Below, in pieces: positions 58,620 through 64,000 of a DNA stretch of 64,000 nucleotides. A model generated the notes under the pieces. It was not told where the DNA came from. It ran no database searches and saw only the letters and a list, made by a program, of their open reading frames with translations. The DNA comes from Acidobacteriaceae bacterium. GTDB lineage: Bacteria; Acidobacteriota; Terriglobia; Terriglobales; Acidobacteriaceae. The position numbers were made by a program, and so were the translations under genes. The first letter of the stretch is position 1. Each line of letters begins with the position of its first letter. The stretch spans positions 4,620 through 68,619 of the forward strand of contig JANXZS010000071.1 of NCBI GenBank assembly GCA_025355385.1, read 5' to 3'.

Positions 58620-59204
58620 ATGAAGCGCGGGCTTTGGATCGGTTTAGCCGTAGTAGGTGTCGTCTTTATCGTGTTGTTGCTTATAGCAGGCAGCTATATC
58701 AGTGCCAAAAACCAGATGGTAGCCAAGGATGAATCCGTCAAGAGTGCCTGGTCACAGGTGGACATCGTTCTGCAGCGCCGCGCTGACCTTATCCCAAACC
58801 TTGTTGAAACGGTGAAGGGCTATGCCAAGCAGGAGCAGACCGTCTTCGGCGATATTGCAAACGCGCGCGCCGGCTTGCTGAATGCCCGCGACCCGCAGGC
58901 TAAGATCGAGGCAAACGGGCGTCTTGATTCCGCGTTCGGACGCTTGCTGGCATTGTCAGAGAACTATCCCGATCTGAAGTCCAACCAGAACTTTATGCGA
59001 TTGCAGGATGAGCTGGCTGGGACTGAAAACCGCATCTCGGTAGAACGTCGCAGATATAACGAGACACTGCAGGATTACAACACCTTCATACAGCAGTTCC
59101 CTAACAGCATCTGGGCTGGCATCGCAGGCTTCCATCGCAACCCAGCGTACTTCCAGGCTAGCGAAGGCTCTAAAGCCGTCCCAACTGTGAAGTTCAATCA
59201 GTAG
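58620..59204 (+). CDS. lemA: LemA family protein
   Basis: Trimmed to ATG 58620 (RBS AAGGAG). AWSQVDIVLQRRADLIPNLVETVKGYAKQE ... YPDLKSNQNF ... RRRYNE. Confidence 0.9.
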   Translation: MKRGLWIGLAVVGVVFIVLLLIAGSYISAKNQMVAKDESVKSAWSQVDIVLQRRADLIPNLVETVKGYAKQEQTVFGDIANARAGLLNARDPQAKIEANGRLDSAFGRLLALSENYPDLKSNQNFMRLQDELAGTENRISVERRRYNETLQDYNTFIQQFPNSIWAGIAGFHRNPAYFQASEGSKAVPTVKFNQ

Positions 59205-59241
59205 CGATAGCGGGAAAAAATTTCGCACTCCAATGAGAATG

Positions 59242-59275
59242 AAGCCCCGTGTGATCTAGCGGGGCTTTATTGTTC
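59242..59275. terminator. hairpin between convergent lemA and the metallophosphoesterase gene (likely bidirectional terminator)
   Basis: AAGCCCCG-N10-CGGGGCTT (8-bp stem), followed by TATTGTT on the plus strand. The U-tract is weak on the minus strand. Confidence 0.55.
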
Positions 59276-59311
59276 CCTGTGACGCTGTAGAATGCGTTGC
59301 GACGGGGCGGC

Positions 59312-60370
59312 CTACTTATTTGCGTGGAGACCGACGGTGAAAGTGTCTTTGACTTCCCACTCAGCGGTCGAGCTCTCAGGGTCCTTGACGCGGTACATGG
59401 CCGCGTTCAATTGTTTCCCGTCATAAATGAACTTAAGGTAGTGGTAGTTGGGAAAGCTTGGATCCTGATAGAGATCGGCAGGAGTGCGCGCTATCCGAGC
59501 CGGCTTTGCGCCCCCTCCGCCTGAGACAAGATAGACGACCCCATCCTGGAAAAACCGCTCATAGTTATGAATATGCCCTGCGACAACGATGAACCTTGCG
59601 GGCGTTCCAGCGGCCTTCTTCTCCAGCAGGGCGGCGAGTTGCCTCTCGTTGGCGCGCACATCATGGGAGGAGTCGTCCTGGATCGAATCCGCAACCGGCG
59701 GATGATGCAGAGCGACGAAAACAAACTCCGTTGTCTTGGGAAGATGGCGAAGTTGGTCGTCCAACCAATGGCGCTGCCTGCTGCCTTCATCAAGCGAGAG
59801 ATTCGAGTCCAGGGTAACGATATAGGCATTCGCCATCTCCACCGAGTACCAGCGGCGATCCTTTAGCTCCGGGAACGTGTGCCACCAGTTCTTGGGCTCA
59901 CGCACCTCAGGCCCGCGCATCTCATGGTTGCCCAGAGCGGGGTAGACGCGGATTTTAGCGTCACGCCATGGGGCCGTCTCCTGCTGATAGACCTCATAGT
60001 CACTTTCTATTTCGCCGTTATAGGGAAGATCGCCGGAGAGTAGCAGCGCGTCTGGATGTTCGCGGGCAATCTGTTCCACCAGCCAGCGTCGTACTTTGGG
60101 ATTGGTGACTTCTTCGTTGGTGGGGTCGGTGAAGCGCATATCTCCGTATGCAATCAGCGACCAATGCTTTGCCAGCTGGTCATCTCGCACTTGGAATGTG
60201 GGCCCCGACGCGCTGAGCAGATCTCTCGTGACGGGGTCGTCCGTCTGCGTCGTCGCCTTTCGACCGATTTGCACGATAGCTGGCCGATAGCAGGCCACCG
60301 TCATCACGAAAATTACTGCTGCCGCTGAGTACAGTCCTACCTTTAATCGCATGCCTGTAAAGCCCTCCAA
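59312..60370 (-). CDS. calcineurin-like metallophosphoesterase
   Basis: GDMRFTD, LLLSGDLPYNG, GNHE, VALHHP, GHIHNYER motif series. The start may be ATG 60352. Confidence 0.8.
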   Translation of the reverse strand: MEGFTGMRLKVGLYSAAAVIFVMTVACYRPAIVQIGRKATTQTDDPVTRDLLSASGPTFQVRDDQLAKHWSLIAYGDMRFTDPTNEEVTNPKVRRWLVEQIAREHPDALLLSGDLPYNGEIESDYEVYQQETAPWRDAKIRVYPALGNHEMRGPEVREPKNWWHTFPELKDRRWYSVEMANAYIVTLDSNLSLDEGSRQRHWLDDQLRHLPKTTEFVFVALHHPPVADSIQDDSSHDVRANERQLAALLEKKAAGTPARFIVVAGHIHNYERFFQDGVVYLVSGGGGAKPARIARTPADLYQDPSFPNYHYLKFIYDGKQLNAAMYRVKDPESSTAEWEVKDTFTVGLHANK

Positions 60371-60387
60371 CCCCAGAGGTTCAATGT

Positions 60388-61671
60388 CTATAAATGCGGC
60401 ACAATTTCAAAGCGATGGGGACGCGGTTGTGCATCCACGCGCTGACGCGCTTCCGCACCCGGCAAAGCGTGGGCCAAAGCCGCAGCCGTCTTCGTAGCTT
60501 CAGGCGAAGCCAAACCCATGCCGATGATTTTGAAGCGCGCTGCTTCGAGAGCATTTTTCTTTTCGGTATCGGCAGCCACCAGGCGCGACTGTTCGAGCAT
60601 GGGCGTTTCGACGGTTGCCAGGTTGATGCCGGCACTCATTTCCTCAGAAGAAAGGGACGCAATTTTGCGGTCGTCAATCAGCAGATCGTAATTTCCGGTG
60701 GGAAGCCCGCGAATCAGCAACATTTCCTGATCGAGTGCCGCGACCATATCGGACAGCTTAATCGTGAGAGCAACTACTGGGTCAACCTCTGCTGGAGAAA
60801 AGGGCAAGGGCAGAGCCTCGTCCAATTGAGTCCAGCTAAGCTTTCCCCTCACTCGCCGCAAATCGGTGACACGCGCATTCTCCGCCTCGGCGCCGGACTT
60901 CGAAACGGCGGCTATCGTTACGGAACTGATCAGGGATGGCGCGCTCCAGCTCTTCAGCAGGGCCTCCGCCATAATCCAGTGGCCACCATCAGCCGGGTGC
61001 ACACGATCCGGAAGTAGTTGAGGAGCGAGATCGGGGGAGTTTTGGTTAAGTGTTTTGAGGAATGCTGCAACAGGTGTGTTGAAGTCGGCGATAGTCAAAT
61101 TCTTCTCGCGAGCAAGATTGGCAACGACGTCGCTGAACTTGAGCAATGCTTCGTTGTAGCCGCCGGCGAACTGGGTCTCGCGCGTCACATCGTCAAAGGG
61201 ACTCGGCTGGATGAGAGTAATGCGCGCCTGCGGCAGCGCCTTCTGCATGGAGTCGACGATGTGCCGTAATCCGTCAGCATATGTCGATACGATGCCGGGC
61301 TCAGTGGGGCGATAGTAACCGTCATTCATGCCAAGCATGATTGTCACCACTTCGGGACGCTCTGCCAGAACGTCGCGGTCGAGCCTGAGATCGATAGGCC
61401 CGGCCCACCCTCCGCTGACTTTGTCTCCGCCCACTCCCGCATTGCGGAAGGTGACCTTCCAATGGGGAAAGCGCGTAAGCAGATATTCCTCGACGTACTC
61501 TGTGTACAGTCTCTGTTCCGTAATGCTATCGCCGTAGAAAACTACGTGATCGCCATCGTGGATGGAGAAGTTTGACGAGGTACTGGATACGGACGGTGCC
61601 TGCCCGGTGGCTGCCACTGCAAATGAGGCGATGAGTACTACGGCGAAACAAGACGATCTGATACGGCTCAC
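60388..61671 (-). CDS. SGNH/GDSL-family hydrolase, secreted
   Basis: Signal peptide, block I VVFYGDSITE, GMNDG. C-terminal extra domain. Confidence 0.8.
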   Translation of the reverse strand: MSRIRSSCFAVVLIASFAVAATGQAPSVSSTSSNFSIHDGDHVVFYGDSITEQRLYTEYVEEYLLTRFPHWKVTFRNAGVGGDKVSGGWAGPIDLRLDRDVLAERPEVVTIMLGMNDGYYRPTEPGIVSTYADGLRHIVDSMQKALPQARITLIQPSPFDDVTRETQFAGGYNEALLKFSDVVANLAREKNLTIADFNTPVAAFLKTLNQNSPDLAPQLLPDRVHPADGGHWIMAEALLKSWSAPSLISSVTIAAVSKSGAEAENARVTDLRRVRGKLSWTQLDEALPLPFSPAEVDPVVALTIKLSDMVAALDQEMLLIRGLPTGNYDLLIDDRKIASLSSEEMSAGINLATVETPMLEQSRLVAADTEKKNALEAARFKIIGMGLASPEATKTAAALAHALPGAEARQRVDAQPRPHRFEIVPHL

Positions 61672-61827
61672 TACTCCTCCAAAAAATTCCTGTATTCGAA
61701 ATGTGATGCAGCGAGGTCGTTACCAATCCTACAGGAATCGCGCAGTGAAAGATGAAACTTTGACTCTGCTGCACTATCAGCAGAAGGGCGAAGTCTTGTT
61801 ACGTAAAAAGCATCTCGACAGGAGTCA

Positions 61828-64000
61828 CTAACGTGGCATAGGCAAGCTGACCTCATTCCGGCCAGGATGTAAGGGGAGCGTGGTGGAGTTCCACTCAATG
61901 AAGCCCGACAGGCCGGGCGGCAGATCGATTGTTGCTCCAAGCTTGCCCGCGGCCAACGTGTAGTGCGCGGCAATCCTTCCCAAGGGATGGGGATAGGAAG
62001 CATCCAGCGCAGTCAGCGAGCCAAGATGGGGAGTGATGCGCACAGTCTTGAAGCCCGGCTCCGCAGGCCGAATTCCAGCCACGATGGTGAACAGATCGTA
62101 TGTCGGGTGGGCACTCCACGCGTGGGAATCCGATCGCGTCTCCCCGGTACTCTCCGGCCATGTGCTGAAGCCAAGGGGCAAAAGCTCCCGCCATGGCTGC
62201 AGGAATTTAAGGTACTTATCTCCCATGCCTGCGTGATCAATCGCCCGTGCCAGATAGAACCGGAAATAGTAAGTTTCCTCGATTAATGCGGAGTCTGTGG
62301 AGGCGGCGTCTTCTCCAAAGTCATGGGCCAGGATGCGCTGCATGACAGCGGCCTGCTCGGCCTTGGGGATAACATCGTAGAGCACGGCCAGCGTATTTGT
62401 GTGCTGGCTGAACGCATCTTTCAATGGTGAATCCGCCAGCAAATGCCGCTGGCTATCCCAGCAGCCACTCATTACACCATGCACTGCTGCGCCCAACAGC
62501 TTCTGGTAGCGGGCGGCTTTCTCTTTGTCCCCAATCGCCTCTTCCATCTCGCCTGCCTCTTTGAGCGCGCCTATAAACTGCAGCGTCATCAGACACGACT
62601 GGCCTTGCGCATCGAACGATGGAAAGTCCTTTTTGGTCTCCGCCCAATCAACGAAGTTCCACCACGGAGTGCGGCGAAGTAATCCGCTCGGCTGCTGATA
62701 GTGTGCGAACCAGTCGAGTACGGTTCGTGTCCCGACAAGATTCTCCTGCACAAAGGCCGTATCAGGCCGGTACATCCAGTAGTCGTGGACCATGCCGATC
62801 CATAGCAACGAAAAGGGAGGAATGTACTGCGGCAGTGACGAGGGATAGCGACTCTGGGTAATGCCCTCGGGAATACGCGAACTATTGAACGCGCGTATTG
62901 CCTGACGTGGAAGCCGGTCATCTCCCGTCACGGCGTAGGTCGTCAGTAGTTCAATCCGCGTGTCGCCTGCGTATTGCAACTGCTCGTAATACGGAGTGTC
63001 CATGTAAGTTTCGTGAGCCACCATCTGCGTGGTCCGCCAACCTATGTCCCATATTTGTTTCAGCTGAGGATCGCTAGAGCTGAATTCGGCGAGATTCGAG
63101 AAGGGATACGCGGTGAAGTATGCCTGCATACCATCGAGGGTTAAAGGCTGGTCCGCCGTCTCGATATTCAAGTCAAGGTAGCGCCATGTTCTCCACCAAA
63201 GTGTTTCGAAGACACGATGACTCCCACCATCCGGCAGAATCTGGTCCTGAATTCCGAGTGCCTGCCGGTCCCCCACATCGTTGCGATTTCCTTTATGCTG
63301 GGCCTTGTCGTAAAGCGCTTCGGCGTAGGTCAGCATGATTCGCGCATCCTTGCCGCCACTGAAGGTAAGACGCGGATAGGCAGTGGTCAGCGTGGTGCGG
63401 TCGAGCATGATTCGGACATGCGAGTGTGCGGGAATTGTGACCGGCTTCTGAGGAAATTGCTGCACGACCGATTGTTGCTCGCCCACAAGATCGGTACGGA
63501 CCACGTGGCCCGGGTCTTCGAGCGTATAACTCATGTGCGGCAGCGTATCCGGAACCAATTCCCATCCTCCGTCACTCGTTGTATAGCGGGAGGCAGCTAT
63601 CGAAACAGAGGGAGAAATATTTTCTCGGATGGCCGGACCAGCGTGTACCCATCGATCTTTCGTCGTATTGCCTGCTGCCTGCCAATCCCAGTCGAAGTGC
63701 TTCGCGTCTAGAGTTTCGCCCGGTCCCGCGGCCATGTAAACGGAGAAGCCTTCTTCCTTCCGAGGAAGAATTATCTGTCCCTTTTCTTCTTCCACAAGCC
63801 AGGAATCGCCCGTGTTCACCAGAGACTCCGTTGGCGTGTCGCCTTCCACAAGAAAAGCAGTGCGATTGGTTATCTGCGCTGTAGGTGCGTAGACTCCGAA
63901 GTTCCAGACGGTCGCGGCCAGTATGTTTTCGCCAGTCTTCAAGTGCGGCGCGAGGTCGAACGTTTGGTAGCGCCAGTGGGCAAGATCGCCGCGAGCCGGG
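61828..64000 (-). CDS. GH78-related alpha-L-rhamnosidase-like six-hairpin glycosidase; N-terminus beyond the right edge
   Basis: The frame stays open upstream of the ORF-track TTG (hand translation ...PARGDLAHWRYQTFDLAPHLKTGENIL). Core DTPYYEQLQYAGDTRI ... SRYPS ... WPE resembles Bac_rhamnosid6H proteins. Confidence 0.7.
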   Translation of the reverse strand, partial: PARGDLAHWRYQTFDLAPHLKTGENILAATVWNFGVYAPTAQITNRTAFLVEGDTPTESLVNTGDSWLVEEEKGQIILPRKEEGFSVYMAAGPGETLDAKHFDWDWQAAGNTTKDRWVHAGPAIRENISPSVSIAASRYTTSDGGWELVPDTLPHMSYTLEDPGHVVRTDLVGEQQSVVQQFPQKPVTIPAHSHVRIMLDRTTLTTAYPRLTFSGGKDARIMLTYAEALYDKAQHKGNRNDVGDRQALGIQDQILPDGGSHRVFETLWWRTWRYLDLNIETADQPLTLDGMQAYFTAYPFSNLAEFSSSDPQLKQIWDIGWRTTQMVAHETYMDTPYYEQLQYAGDTRIELLTTYAVTGDDRLPRQAIRAFNSSRIPEGITQSRYPSSLPQYIPPFSLLWIGMVHDYWMYRPDTAFVQENLVGTRTVLDWFAHYQQPSGLLRRTPWWNFVDWAETKKDFPSFDAQGQSCLMTLQFIGALKEAGEMEEAIGDKEKAARYQKLLGAAVHGVMSGCWDSQRHLLADSPLKDAFSQHTNTLAVLYDVIPKAEQAAVMQRILAHDFGEDAASTDSALIEETYYFRFYLARAIDHAGMGDKYLKFLQPWRELLPLGFSTWPESTGETRSDSHAWSAHPTYDLFTIVAGIRPAEPGFKTVRITPHLGSLTALDASYPHPLGRIAAHYTLAAGKLGATIDLPPGLSGFIEWNSTTLPLHPGRNEVSLPMPR

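Noticed and set aside
1-64000. Searched by eye for rRNA, tRNA, tmRNA, RNase P or SRP RNA signatures, CRISPR repeats, IS or transposase genes, integrases, phage genes, toxin-antitoxin pairs and known defence-system genes.
   Set aside because: None found. Apart from the 25.9-26.5 kb gap, the window shows uniform composition and housekeeping content, so I do not claim a mobile or accessory island.

Overview
This 64-kb window reads like densely packed core chromosome, probably from an Acidobacteriota (Terriglobia-like) bacterium. That assignment is an inference from gene content, roughly high-50s %GC by eye and weak Shine-Dalgarno use. I support about 50 protein genes. I found no rRNA, tRNA, CRISPR array, IS element or integrase.

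Main blocks, left to right:
- treY (partial)
- a tandem pair of orphan MacB/FtsX-type permeases
- deoC-hpt and lgt
- a minus-strand run: ileS-lspA, uvrA, a TPR protein, two unknown secreted proteins and a SprT-like protein
- a TonB-family protein
- the imuA-imuB-dnaE2 SOS mutagenesis cassette
- an SYLF-domain protein
- lipid A genes (LpxL-family acyltransferase, lpxD) followed by an unknown P-loop protein
- xseB and a YitJ-like homocysteine methyltransferase/MTHFR fusion
- a beta-propeller lipoprotein and a PIG-L/BshB1-like deacetylase
- a complete co-directional Pho module (phoB-phoR-pstSCAB-phoU)
- addB-addA
- a CusF-like/SCO fusion and an ABC exporter
- a frameshifted TonB-C pseudogene and oligopeptidase B
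- fetAB, then DUF4142, TPM and LemA proteins
- a metallophosphoesterase, an SGNH hydrolase and a partial GH78-like glycosidase

I do not see a convincing new multi-gene system. The most unusual locus is the AT-rich ~550-bp gap between imuA and the SYLF gene. It holds a strong plus-strand intrinsic terminator that no listed gene explains, a 12-nt tandem repeat, micro-ORFs, and candidate operator words over the predicted imuA promoter.

All protein calls rest on motif recognition from the supplied translations, hand translation and gene context. No database search was run.
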